Shown here: positions 24,664 to 38,039 of the stretch, one piece after another | Position numbering within the stretch: the first letter of the stretch is position 1 | How the letters are laid out: each line of letters begins with the position of its first letter | DNA from: Psilocybe cubensis | Lineage: Eukaryota | DNA: 64,000 nt | Reading direction: 5' to 3' | Assembly: GCA_017499595.2 (NCBI GenBank) | Contig: CM039004.1 | Span: forward strand, 1,240,001 to 1,304,000 | The notes under the pieces: generated by a model | Told to the model about the DNA's origin: nothing | Database searches by the model: none | What the model saw: the letters and a program-made list of their open reading frames with translations, nothing else | Position numbers and translations under genes: made by a program

Positions 24664-27600
24664 TGGCTCTGCTCGAGCTATTGTCCTATCCTGCCCTCAT
24701 CACGGCTCATACGCCTTGGTTCAGAAACGACAGAGGAAAAACCAGATCAATCAATCAATCGACTACTCGAGGTGATTACGATATTCCGACGTCTGTGGAT
24801 TTAGAGGAGAAACAGCGTTACGAGCCTTTGGTCTCTTTATCTCTACTTGAAATTACCAGAACCACTCCTGGCTCAGCAAACATGATACCACCATTATTTT
24901 ACTTGATTCACTTGAAGATAGAAATGTACACGATATTAATGACGATATTTTAGTTTTATTGTAACAACACTGGCTTCAATAAATAACATTTCATAGCAGA
25001 TACAAATAACTTTTGTAATTGGTCATGATTTTCAAATGATGTTTATATCTTGAATATGACATAAACTTCGAGAAAGGGAGACGACAGTCATACTTAAGAA
25101 GTCTGTTTGTCCCAGTTGGATTCCTGCCACCTGGTGTACTGTATGTTGGAGACGTAGTCAGATATGTTCCAGTTTTGTGCCATGACAGATTGCGCTGACT
25201 AATGAAGGCATGGTCTCAAACTAGCTCTACTCGAATGAACATGCTCTCGTTAAGATTACAGAAAATACAAAAGCTTTCCTATTGCACTAACGGTGCTCAT
25301 CAAGCGAATATAAGTTTATGACTGTCGTGAACGGTAACTGAAGTACTGACGTCACCAAACGGTCATCAGATGCGTGGGAATCTGTTTAATTCATGTGTGA
25401 CCCAAACTTCGCGATGTTTCTAACTTTCTTCTTCGAAAAAACTTGCAGCGGTCGATTGGTCTTGAGGAAATCATTATAACCTCCCAAATTTTAGCTTCTT
25501 CGTCTCTCCCAGTGCTGGGTGCTTTATAGCAGGGAAAGCAAGTCTAGGTGCGACTTTTTCCATAACCATATGGGACTTTACTACTGCCCGACTTACCGAA
25601 CATCAGGTCACTAGCAAGGTTAGGCTTCAGGATTTGTTCAAATCATTGATGGAGGTGTCATCAAAGCTATTAACAAGTTTTTCGGCGTAGACCTAATCAA
25701 CTTCTCCACAATTATTACCAAGTTTCCTGGTATAAGTTGATGTTTTACAAACTGTCTTAGTAAGGTAACAGTGGCTTACATATTTTGCCAGATAACTACA
25801 TGCTTGAGCGATTCTGACAGGCCGAGAGCTTAGTATTGATGATGCCCTAAACACGGAGGGATTGCAAATGATATCGTGAATTTCTCCTGGCACCATTACA
25901 TGCAGTCAGCCCCATCCACCCCGCTACTAATAGGCCCAAATTTACCCATTGATGCATTCAGCGATTGCATTCTTAGCATTGGTAAAGCCCTGGGTACTCA
26001 TTTCCGGAGGAAGGATACTTCTTCACTCTGGCCTCCGGTTCATCAGTGCAACCTCCCGTGTGTTGATACTCATCTTGGTTATCTTTGTACATTGGGTTCT
26101 TACATCCGTTTAGAGAGGCCATGATTAACCCAACTATCTGACGGCCTTGTGAACGTTGTTCAAGAACCTGCCTACGAGGGCCCCTGTATGATCTTCCCAT
26201 ATAAATCTTGCCTAAGTTCCCGATGATAACTCTTATCACAGATATTAATCATCTATACCTTAGTTTTCGGACAGACCTTAATGGGAGGGGAAATCATACT
26301 AAGAATAATCCGCCCCGGCACCAAAGTTACAAGGTGTCTATGGTGTACGGGTTCAAAATCATGCGTCGGTACTCGTCCCGTCTCGCCTTGAATGTAGGAG
26401 CAAATGTGATTCACTCTTCGTAGCATTTATATATCATGAGACAAGTGTCGTGTGTACGTCTTGCGGGATGAGCGTTTGTTTGATGTGATTGATTTCACCT
26501 TTTGAACTTGAATCATCATCATACATAATATCGATGAAATATATTTTACTTACAATTTCAACGGAACAATGGATTATGAAGTATCTGATTTAACTAAAAT
26601 TATCATTCTGCACTAAGGAGGAGCAGTGGGCACCCGGGTATAATTCCACTCTTCATCTATGCCTCCTAGTAGAACGCAGATCCCCCGGCGTCTCGTACTG
26701 TGATACAGAATTGGATGAAAACACTTCGATTGCTTAAGTGAGAGATATTAAGTAGCGCCAAATCAACTGATTGCTAACTCCAAACAGCATGCATGGTATT
26801 GCCTATACTAGTATACATGTAATACACTTTAGACGCCCAATTTAATGTCCGCGATACTTACTATCATATTGTTGGTCTAAAATTGGTTTGATCATGAGAC
26901 TGTCATTGTATCTTAATTATCGTAGTAGTAGTTAGTTAGTAGGCAGTGAATGATGTCCCGTCAAATGGATAATTTTTCGCCATCCTCACGGATGCCCATT
27001 AGCCTGCGGATGACACACTCACAAGCTGTCAGCCTGTTTCTCTCGTCCTCGTTCATCCATCATTTATAATAATGTTTCAACCCATGCATATTTTTTCCTT
27101 GAAAGTTGTTTCTAAGATTTGCGCAAAATGTGGATTCAGTTGTGACAGCTTGTCAATGGGCAATACTGAACCCAGAGTTCAAAAGTTTAATTATTGTGAT
27201 CAAAACAACGCTGAATCGAGGAAACTTTTGTGGAGTAAATCCTGGAATAGATAGTAGGAAGATACATTATCAGACAGACTCGGGTCAAAACCCGATTCTC
27301 CGCAATTTTACGCTATTTCTATCTCCGCAGACTACGTCGGTATTGTGGTCGATGGTATCAGAAGGACTAGCTATCATCAGTCCATGAGAAGATACAAGAT
27401 ACCGCTTGGCACTATCGGTTCGTCGGCTGTACGACCGATTGACTGCGTAACTGTACCTTGAAAATACGGTCTACTATGAGCTGTCCTACCGTAGTTTGGT
27501 TTTTTTAAAACATGCCTCTCTCCCGTAGAAAACTATGGTTCAAGTCAACATCGCAAAGATTACATTACTTAATTTGAAGCATTGCATTTCATGAAGGCCG

Positions 27601-28814
27601 AGATTTTGAAACATGATCCTAATCTTATGTCGGAATCAAGACCCTCGGCTTACTACTAAAGCAAGTTGAACTCTCATCTTTTAGACCAGATGTTGGTATA
27701 ACATCCTCAGAGGGTAATATAATACCAAGGAGCACCGGCGTTTTAACACTGAACTCGGGGTCAAAGAGATGGACAAAGTGAGGTCCTCAGGCTCCGTTTT
27801 CCACACGCCGTCAATAGCTGAATTGTCATGGTATCTTGTTCGGGATGCCAACACTCGCTGAAAAGCCATGGCAAAATGACGAAGAATGGCATCACTCCGA
27901 GTAAAGCACATAACACTCCAGTATGATGTGCAATTCTTGTGGAAAGGATACTACTACGAAGCCTAAACATAGGCCCAACAAACTGTTTCATTTCAAGGGG
28001 TACGACGTCTTTAGCGGAATGTTATAATTCCTCAATCGTTGTAATTCAAAGGAGTTACAATGAGAGGCCTATGTTTAGTGCCGCTATCGCTCATGAGAGA
28101 AGAGTGAAGATCGTTGAAGTCGGCATACTCCATAGGTAGAAATCGGTGTGTATGATTCCGTAAGGATGCCAACAGAGAGCACTTACATGATCTATCGTAT
28201 ACTAGATCATTTTCAGGGACGTAAGATTATGACCCATATTCGGCACTTTTCGATGTCACCGTGAGCGTCTATTGCCATGGCGGGAAATCGCAGTTTACCC
28301 GATTCAGAAAGTTGCGTCAATTTACAATTTACAAACACAAGGTCAGACAAAAAATGAGATGTATCCCTACAGAATGCCCACAGAAATATCCTACCGAATA
28401 CTTGGTATTAAAATCAGATTCCACTACGACAATTAATGACTCCACTTGCCAGGGCGGCCTTACCTGGTATAATCATTGGCCAGACAGGGTCTCCCTCAAT
28501 TCATTTCTACAGGATTGGCGATTGCCCTCCTACGATGCTACCAGTGATAAACGACATACCCACTTAGTTCTTAGTCCGTTATGATAAAAATTTTTGGCTA
28601 AAGTTCCTGGTTCGAAGGATGTAATTCCAGTTACCTCGTTAGATACCGCCGAAGATTTCGGCCCGATGCAGACTTCCTCCTTGATAGTATTTTGTGGTGA
28701 ACCACTGCAAATGTTACAACTCAGAAATAACCGAGTCAATCGGCGACTTCCTCAGCTATATAATCTGCAATAATTCAGTCTGAGTATTAGCATCAGCCCA
28801 CACATATCAGTAAC

Positions 28815-30727
28815 ATGGCCAACGACAGCATTCCTCTTTCTTCTACACCAACTCCTCTCAGCGCACACCACAGACACGACAAACCGATACACTATGAACG
28901 TCCTGTCAAAGTGATATGTATCGGAGCAGGCGCATCCGGGCTTCTACTCGCATACAAGCTGCAGCGCTCCTTTGAGAATTTTGATTTGGTTTTGTACGAG
29001 AAGAACGACGGGGTCTCCGGCACTTGGTACGAGAATAGATATCCAGGGTACGTTTCATTCCCATTGCCGTAACCCTGCTAACAGTTAAACGTTCTAGGTG
29101 TGCATGCGATATTGCAGCCCACGTCTATACTTGGAGCTTTGAACCCAACCCCAGCTGGTCGTCAGTATATGCTGGTGCAGAAGAGGTCTACCATTACTTC
29201 CGTCATTTTTCTGAGAAGTACGACCTTGGGAAATATATAGAACTGAGGCACAAAGTCACCAAAGCCGTATGGGACGCGAAGAAAGGAAGGTGGACTGTTG
29301 AAATCACCAATTTGGCTGACGGCAGCATTATCCGCGACACCTGCGACATTCTTGTAAATGCGGGCGGAGTTCTCAATGCATGGAAGTGGCCCGAAATATC
29401 TGGTATCGAAACATACAAAGGCAAACTTGTGCACACCGCCAATTGGGACGCTTCGATCGACCTTCGTGGAAAACACGTTGGCGTGATTGGGAATGGGTAA
29501 GCTAGTCAATATTTTTGGGCTAATGACGCTTCACACTCACATTTGGGTGATGCAGATCTTCCGGAATTCAAGTCCTTCCAGCTATTAGCTCTCAGGCGAG
29601 CAAGATTACTGCGTTTTTGCGTGGTCCTGCTTGGGTCTTTCCAGCTCAGAGCATAGACCAACGCGTTTACTCCGATGAAGAACGCCGCGTTTTTGAGACC
29701 GACCCAAATGCCCTATTACAATACCGCAAGGAGATGGAATCCACTTTGAATTCGTTCTTCACCATGTTCATCGCAGATTCTGACGTCCAGAAGGCCACAT
29801 TTGAAGCCACTGTTGGAATGATGAAGGAAAAGGTCCCTGACGAGAATCTACAAAAATTGATCATTCCCAGTTGGTCTGTTGGATGTCGCAGAATAACTCC
29901 GGGCATCAACTATCTCGAGACCCTCACATCAGAGAAGGTAGACCTTGTTTTCGGGACCATCAAAGAGATAACCGAAAAGGGATGCATCGGCCAGGATGGT
30001 CAAGAGCATCCTGTTGACGTGTTGATTTGCGCGACGGGTTTCGACACCTCCTATGTCCCTCGGTTTCCTATTATTGGCTCAAACGGAATCGACCTTCGCG
30101 AAGCTTGGTCGAAAGAGTCCAAATCGTACCTCGGAATGGCCGCACATGGATTCCCGAACTATCTCATGTTTGTGGGTCCCAACAGTCCTGTCGGAAATGG
30201 TCCAGTTCTAGTTGCGATAGGTGAGTCCCTTTAATAAATTATGAGAAGGAAGATTGACTCAATTTTTTTCAGAGGCACAGGCAGATTACATTTGCAAGTT
30301 AATTGACCGATGGCAAACGGAGAACATCCACAGCTTCGCTCCAAAGCTCGAGGCTGTGGAAGACTTCGTCGATTATAAGGACGAGTTCATGAAGAGCACG
30401 GTCTGGCATCAAGAATGTAGGTCCTGGTATAAGGCCGACAGCGCTACTGGCAAAGTCACTGCACTGTGGCCAGGAAGCAGCATGCACTTCCAAGAAGCTA
30501 TCGCCGAACCAAGATACGACGATTGGGACATCAAGTACACAGGAAACCGGTTCGCCTTTTTGGGAAATGGGTATTCTCGCACAGAGACGGACACTACAGC
30601 CGACTGGTCTTACTACATCAAGAATGAAGACGACAGCCCTTACCTGAGTCGAGGAAAGCGCAGAAAGGTATACTCGAAGTCGGGCACAGTAAATCGTGAA
30701 GCAGCTGCTGAGGCACTGATGCTCTGA
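28815..30727 (+). CDS. Baeyer-Villiger-type monooxygenase (StcW-like family), copy 2
   Basis: VICIGAGASG, SGTWYENRYPG/CACD, YKGKLVHTANWD, GVIGNG/SSG, GCRRITPG, ICATGFD; same three intron positions as copies 1 and 3. Confidence 0.92.
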
Positions 30728-31196
30728 TCGATCCGCAATTTGTTGTTGGCTTGAGGTAGAGAGTTGGTAGAAATTGAGGCGAATATTTATCTCGTGTTTA
30801 TGTAATGTTATTCGTGTAGGAATCGATGTTTGACAATCGTCATATTAATGTAGGATGGAACAAATGACGATGCGTTGGCCATGCTGCCCTTCATTTCGGA
30901 TGGTCTTGAAAGCTTGATGTTGTTCACGAGCCTGAGTAAAGTCTGCTGCCTGACATAGTTTCTACCTTGCAGCGTAGCCAAAAATGTCGCATTCTTGAGT
31001 CATTATAGAAGAAGTTTGATCCTTTGTTTCTGGCGTCATTGATGGAGATTTTAGAAGATATGACCTGTATGAATTTAAGAATAAAATTTAAACCCGAAGG
31101 CATTGAAGATGCTTGAAAAGAAAAAAAGATGCAATTAAGATCCTTCGAACGTTAAATAGAAAACAGTGTAAGTACGAGTGCCGGGAAGAATAGGTC

Positions 31197-32427
31197 TCAC
31201 TCGAAACCTAGTCGAAGTCGTTCTGCCTTTTCACGTTCCTTGACGGCGAGCTTATCTTCCGCCTCAGTCAGGGTGTCATCCCAAGCAACAAACAGTTCGG
31301 ACAGAGTGTCGACCTGTGTAGAGATGTAATGTCAGTAAATACAGCAAGCCAAAAGAAATTGAATTACATATGTTGTGTGGCGTTCGACCAAGGATGATAT
31401 TCGCATCTCGAGAGATGCTGCAAGCTTCGCGTCTTCCTCATAGGCCTCTAGCAACGATTTTAGGCGGGGTTCCAGTCGTTCGTATTCTGTAATAATTGTT
31501 TTCACGGACTTGTTTAAAATCAATAACACGATAAGTTTACCTGGAAGACTTCCTGCGCCAGTTACGCCTTTCTTTTCCAGTGCATCTATCTCAAGCATGT
31601 CTCTGTCAGCTGAGCGTATATCGGGCTCCATCTCGACCAAAAGGGCGTTTAATTCTTCGGCTGTCATGTCATCGTATGTTGGGGGATCGGGCAGTATGCC
31701 GGACAGCGCGAAAGAAGGGGTTAAGAGGTGGGCATTTTGGTCATCTGGTAATGTTTGCGTTGTTTATGTTAAGTTCATCATTGTTAAAATACCGCAAGAA
31801 GAGGGAACCGTAAAAAGGACACAAAAAAGCGGGCAAAAGAGATTCTGAACCAAAGTGTTGAATGAGAAACGTACAATTGCTCATGAACTTTCTTAAACCA
31901 TCGTTGCCCTCTACAACTTTCCCTAGCCCGCTTTCGACGTTCTTTGTAAGTCGCATCAACGTTTCCCCATTTTTTAAGTTTGCAGTGCCAGCGAATTCTT
32001 CTCTAGCCTTGCCTTTTCGGCCCAACGATGCAACACTATCTTGATGTTTCATGCCCAGTATCAACGCCTCTAGCCACCGCAAACGGAGCTCTAGCGCCAA
32101 CACAGGGTCCACTTTGCCCGGTTTTATGTGCTCTATTCCAGAATGCGCAGAGCCATCTGATACACCCTGTCGTTGAGCAGGTGGTGCTGCGTTCTTGTTT
32201 CCATCGAACTCCATGTCAATGTTGTCAATCTCCTCAGCTGCAGTAGCCAACTGCTGATGCTGGGGCTGATGAAATGAGAAAACTCCTGCAATGGTGTTGC
32301 CGCTGCTGCCTCCTGCACTCGTGGGTGGTGGAGAGGAAGGCGGGCTGTTACTGTGCGTCGAAGAGGAGAGATGCCGATGGCGTTGGAAGTCGCCTAGAAA
32401 CACGCTGCCGACTCTGTTCGATCCCAT
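31197..32427 (-). CDS. Nuclear distribution protein RO10-like / dynactin p24 (DCTN3) subunit
   Basis: LELRLRWLEALILG near the N-terminus and helical C-terminus ...VDTLSELFVAWDDTLTEAEDKL...GFE*, assembled across three introns. Family assignment is from recall of fungal RO10 proteins. Confidence 0.65.
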
Positions 32428-32891
32428 TAGGTTACAAACAAAGCACGGCTCCTGTTAACTTCCTTCAACAAATCTGAAGATCAGTTGTGCGAAGGCGTGC
32501 GTTAGATTTATCAGGATATCGGACAACAGGTTTGATTTACGGAGGTTGTATGAGGCCCGTTGGGGTCCGGCAAAGCAAAGTGGGTGGGATTGGGCGGATC
32601 CGAAGAAAGGGGTGACGCACACATGTACCCGCGCTCTACTTGTACGTACATCAACATATGGCAATTTCAGGCAGCTCCCAATGGTCAAGTCAATTTCTTG
32701 GGAAGTCCTTTTTATTGAAATATTACACGAAGACCCATGAAACAAAGGAGTATAAATACTACTGCTACTGGTCCTAACAATTCCAAAAGATTAATAAACA
32801 ACAGCAATGAGATTAATGAACGAAATGGACAATCTAAAGAACGAAACGAACCACCAGATAATCTTACAACTTACTTAGACAATACTCAAAA

Positions 32892-35800
32892 TTAAACCGG
32901 ACTTCTGTCGAGTCCAGTCTGACCCTGGTTGCGCGTCTGCTCCATTTCCACAGGTAGCTGGCTATATCCATATGCCTCAGGTTGCCTCACACCGGCGCTG
33001 AACAGGTTTCCGAACGCCCTCACCCTAGCCGTATCCAGAACGCTTGCTGCGCTATCCATGAACATGCCCGTCCACCCGGCGCCACTATCTGCTGTGGCAA
33101 GGCCTGCAGTGGGCGTAGCAGCGAGTGCAACGCCTCCGCGAGAGCCGAACCTTGCAAGCCTTTCCTCCGGCATAACACTGTCCATGGGGCGGGTCCACCA
33201 CTTGAGTGTAAGGGATGAACATACAACGCTTACAGATGAAAATGCCATCGCAGCGCCTGCTAACATCGGGTGCATGTATAATCCGAAAGGCAGGAAGAAG
33301 CCCATTGCCAGAGGAATGCCGAGTACATTATATATGCATGCCCAAATGAGGTTCCGTCGGATGACGGAAAAGATTTTGCGAGACAGGTGGAGGGCAGCTA
33401 CAACGTCGAGAAGATCAGAGCGCATAAGTACAATGTCGGCGGCTTCGATGGCTACAGATGTCCCAGAAGAAAGTGCAATGCCAACGGTAGCAGCAACAAG
33501 GGCAGGGGAATCGTTGATTCCATCTCCGACCTATTTGAAAGAGACAGTAAGAGTTGCGGTACGGTTTCAGAGGAAATGTTGATACTAACCATCGCAATAC
33601 CACCCCCGTATCTTTCCATCATCTCCGTCACAATCGACGCCTTCCCTTTTGGACTCATGCCAGCAGTTACATTTTCCGGACGAATGCCCACTTGCTTGGC
33701 GATAGCAATAGCGGTGGATTTTCCGTCACCAGTCAACATACCCACTTCAATGCCCATTTTCTCGAGAGCCATGATTGCATGCCGGCTTGAGGGCTTTGGT
33801 GCGTCCGCCAGCGATACCGCAAGTAATGGCTGTGGGTGAACGGCCTTGCCAGAGTTTGGGACCAAGGACACAAAGATGATTGTGCGTCCCACAGAAGTTT
33901 CCTGTTCTTCATAGGCTAGAAGTGACGACGGGATATATTGGTGCGCATAATCTCTGTTTGCGTCAAGAAGGCTTCCTTCGCCACTCATAGTCACAAACGC
34001 CGCACTGCCAACTAACAGTGTAGCGCTCTTGCCCTGACAAGTGATTTTAGCCCGTACGCCTTGGCCAGTGACACTCTCGAAACCTTGTACATCAGCTTGA
34101 GGACCCGATGTACCGAGAAGCTCTTTGCCATAGGTAGCAATAGCCTTCGCGAGTGGGTGCTCGGACCTAGCTTCAGTGGCACTGACCATAGCAATGATTT
34201 GTTTGCGACTCGTGACTCCATCAGCACAGAATCCTTCCAGGTCAGTGTCTCCAGCATACAACTCCGTGTTCGAGATCAAACCCGGAGCGGGTACCCAGTG
34301 CATACCCACGACAGTGAGTTTGCCAACTGTCACAGTGCCTGTCTTGTCGACCAAGACGTGTTTAATGCTTTTACTTGCCTCGAGTGCTCGACCGCCTTTG
34401 ATGAGAATCCCGTTCTTCGCGCCTATACCGGTACCAACCATAATAGCAGTAGGCGTAGCTAAACCAAGCGCACATGGGCACGCAACGACAATTACACTGA
34501 TGCACATCTGCAAGCATACCGCCAGTTTACTGGTACCGTGCATGTGGAACATCTTCGGCAGATGATCATCATCGACAAAGTAGCTAAGGAGTAACCATGC
34601 AAGTAGCGTTAGAGCTGAGAGGCTAATAACTGTAGGAACGAAATGGCCTGCAACTTTGTCTGCAAAAGCTTGTATAGGTGCCTTTGATGTTTGTGCTTCC
34701 TCGACCAGGCGGACAATTTGTGATAGAGCAGTGTCCTTGCCTGCACGGGTGACAACCATATCGAAAGTGCCCAAACCATTGACGGTACCTCCGATTACTG
34801 AATCTCCAACAAGTTTGGTGACAGGAAGAGCTTCACCAGTGATCGCACTTTCGTCAACACTGGATGACCCACGAATAACATTGCCGTCCGCTGGTATTTT
34901 GTCTCCGGGTACTAGCTTGACGGTATCGCCGACTTCGACAAGTTCCGTTGGGATTCTCTTTTCCTGTGTGCAAGCCGGGGCGTCGGTATAAATGGTGGCC
35001 ATAGATGGAGCAAGGGACATCAAATCCGTAAGAGCCGCACTTGTCCTGCCCTTGGCTTTGTTTTCCAGGTACCGGCCCAGAGAAACGAACATAAAGAGCA
35101 TAGTACTTGTTTCGAAGAAAAGATGTGGGCGATAGTCAGGTGTTGTGTTGAACATGGCCGCGAGCATGGAGAAAACAGAATAGAAATACGCAGCTGATGT
35201 TCCTAGAACAATTAGCACGTCCATAGTAGCTGACCCGTGCTTGAGGGATTTATATGCATTCCTGTAAAATCTGGCACCAATCCAAAATTGGGAGGGTGTG
35301 GTGATAATGAATGCCAGAACATCCCCCAAATAGATGGCACTGAAAAGGCGATATGCAAGAACATCCCTAACACCAGGGATCCTAGGACCGATCATATGTA
35401 GGAAGAAGACGGGAACGGCGAAAGCTAAGCTCCATATGAAACGTGAACGCCATTCTAAAACTTCTTTCATCCTAGTCAAAGACTGAAGTTGAGTGGCATC
35501 CTGTTGGTCTGAGAGAATGGCATCGAAGCCCATGTCCTCAATATGCCCAACCATTTCTCGAGGTGTGATAATTGCACGATCAAAATTGACGACGCAGGTT
35601 TCCGTGGCAAGGGAAACAGCAACACCCGTGATACCTGGTAAAGCGGAAAGGCCTGTTTCGATAGAATTGGTACACGCTGCACAGGTCATCCCATATATTT
35701 TGAGTTGGACAGTGTCGGCTCGTGCGGGTGGTATTAATGTAGCATCGAACCCAATATCAGAAATTTCCTGCACAGAAAAATGGGTTTTGAGATTTGCATA

Positions 35801-36179
35801 AAATATGAAGTTTGGCTTACATTTACGAGTTTCACTACTGTCCAGTGCAGAGGATCGTACTCAATAACCGCCCGCTCTGCAAGAAGAGCCACTTTGACTG
35901 AATGGATGCCCTTCTGGTCCCTAAGCATGCCTTCGATTGCCTGGAGTGGAGATTGGAATCTGCAAGAACAGAATAAGATAGACGCACCTCAACACACGCC
36001 CCACATGTCATCCCCTCGACCCTCAACTCGCACTTTTCTGATTCAGGCATCGCGGATGTCAGCTTCTTGGCGTATTCGTCATCCATGAGAGGTTTGGAGG
36101 AAGGAGATGGGGAATCGGACTGAGGGAAGGAAGCAGAAAGCGGGGATCGAGCCAATATGTTGTTTAGGAAGGAGGACAT
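32892..36179 (-). CDS. CCC2: Copper-transporting P1B-type ATPase
   Basis: Two heavy-metal-binding motifs (GMTCGAC, GMTCAAC), [33 protein letters not shown] and MAFSS transmembrane ligands typical of Cu(I) pumps. Confidence 0.95.
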
Positions 36180-38039
36180 GGTGTCCCAGTATTACGAGTC
36201 CGATGCGGTGTGAGAACGGTGTCCAGTGTTGTCGGATTAGTCAGGGCTTGAATTAGGCCTTGAACGTCAGGGCAATTAGAAATGTGATCCGAAGCAAGCC
36301 CACAGAAAGTTGAAGTAGAAGGAGGGTATAGACGTAGTGTGAGTATTAGTAGCTCTGTATTCCCGTATGCGCCTGCGCGGAATATTTACAGCAGATTGTC
36401 CACTATTCAGTAGTCGCTGTGAGAGTACAAAGAACGCTTGCTACTGACGTCACGCCTAACAATGGCCTGTGTCACAGATGATCATGTGTCACGGATCTAT
36501 TTTTGCTCTTCCGTGTTAGCCGACAGGCCTGCCGACCATGTTCCGAACTGTCATCATGAACGACTAGCGTAGTACCTACTCCCACTTGTCAGGTAGAATC
36601 GTCAAGTTGAGCATTCGAAAGTTACTTTACACCCTTCAAATCCTTACTGAATACAATGGCTATAATAATGTCTTATCTGATTGTTGAAGAAAACAAGTAC
36701 GTCGCCATATTGCCTCAACCACCCATTTATGCCTCGAATTTGCCTCAAAATGTCCCGTTGCCAAATTTCAAACGCTTGGATTATTACAAAAAAAAACATC
36801 CTAGAAGAATAGCCGAGCAACCTCGGTCTACGAACCTTTAGGTCAGGTAGTGTCATTAACAGCCATTGTTCTCTGGGTTTGAGACAGGGTTTGAGCCGCG
36901 CGCGACCTTTGTATGTGCCAAAAACGCATCACAGGACGTTGAGCTGCAGAGGAACAATGTGAGTAGCCAGAGAACTATTTGTCTTTGGTTTGTAGTCGGA
37001 CAAACTTCGCGCATCTTCTTACACTTTCCGCTTTTTAAGGTTACGACAAGCACAAGGCAAGCGCCTCTAAACCTCTGCCGCTTGGCGTTTCCAAATTGAT
37101 CAAATTGATCTTTCGGGATACCTTTGGTCAGGGATGTTGGTCTCCAGAGTACAGATTACGACTTCTATAACGTCTCTTCGAGCTTCATATTGTACTGATG
37201 GTCATCTAGTACCCCGAGGTTTGCCATCTAATGGAGACACACAATCACAGGAAAGTCTGTCGCACCTTGTTGATATTTCCACCCTCATCGATCTACCTAA
37301 GACATCTTTGAAATCAGTGGCTAAGGTGAATCCTTGAGCTTCGTTTTCTTTACTTCCTCGCCCATTAATGCAGTTAGCTACCGACCTTATCTCTTCTAGT
37401 CTGATTTATAACTACGACTGTACCAATGCATAAACCGCGACTGTCATTTGATCCTTAACCAGATATGGTTCCCGATCCATAAAATGTTATCCGTTGTCCT
37501 GCATCGATAGACCGTACATCTGTGCGGCGCAAGATCTTCTAGTGACGCCTTCTTACCGAAATCCTTCTGTCATACTTTGGCACGAGGACCGCAAAGTTAT
37601 GCGAGATTAACTTCCGGGCAGCACTTGCCTTAAACGCGCTTGGCGGACGACGATGCTCCTAGCGTGTCATTGTGGCAATGACTTCCAAGTTTCTGTATGC
37701 TCTAGACATAATATGCTTCAAGTTGTTCCCCACAACGGTATTGATATTACTCATATACAAGATAGGCGGAATTAATTCACTGAGACTTCCAACAATTACA
37801 AGGGTTTAGCTCTCGGTGCTTGAGCGAGCCATCGATAAGTAAATAGTAGGGGACTAGTGGCTGTTGTTGACAATCCCAACAAGTGTACTGTTACGCTTCG
37901 CCTCGAACGCAAGCTTGAATAGATGTTCGCAATGTCTCCGGAATGAAATAAAGACACGCCTTTGGTAAAATAAAAGTGTGTTTTGGCATATGTCGACATA
38001 CGTTGAGTATAGGAAAGTGCGAGCAAAAGTGATGCCATG

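Noticed and set aside
36870-36930. tRNA T-arm-like sequence on the minus strand (AAGGTCGCGCGCGGCTCAAACCC)
   Set aside because: No TTCG T-loop, D-arm or acceptor-stem pairing.
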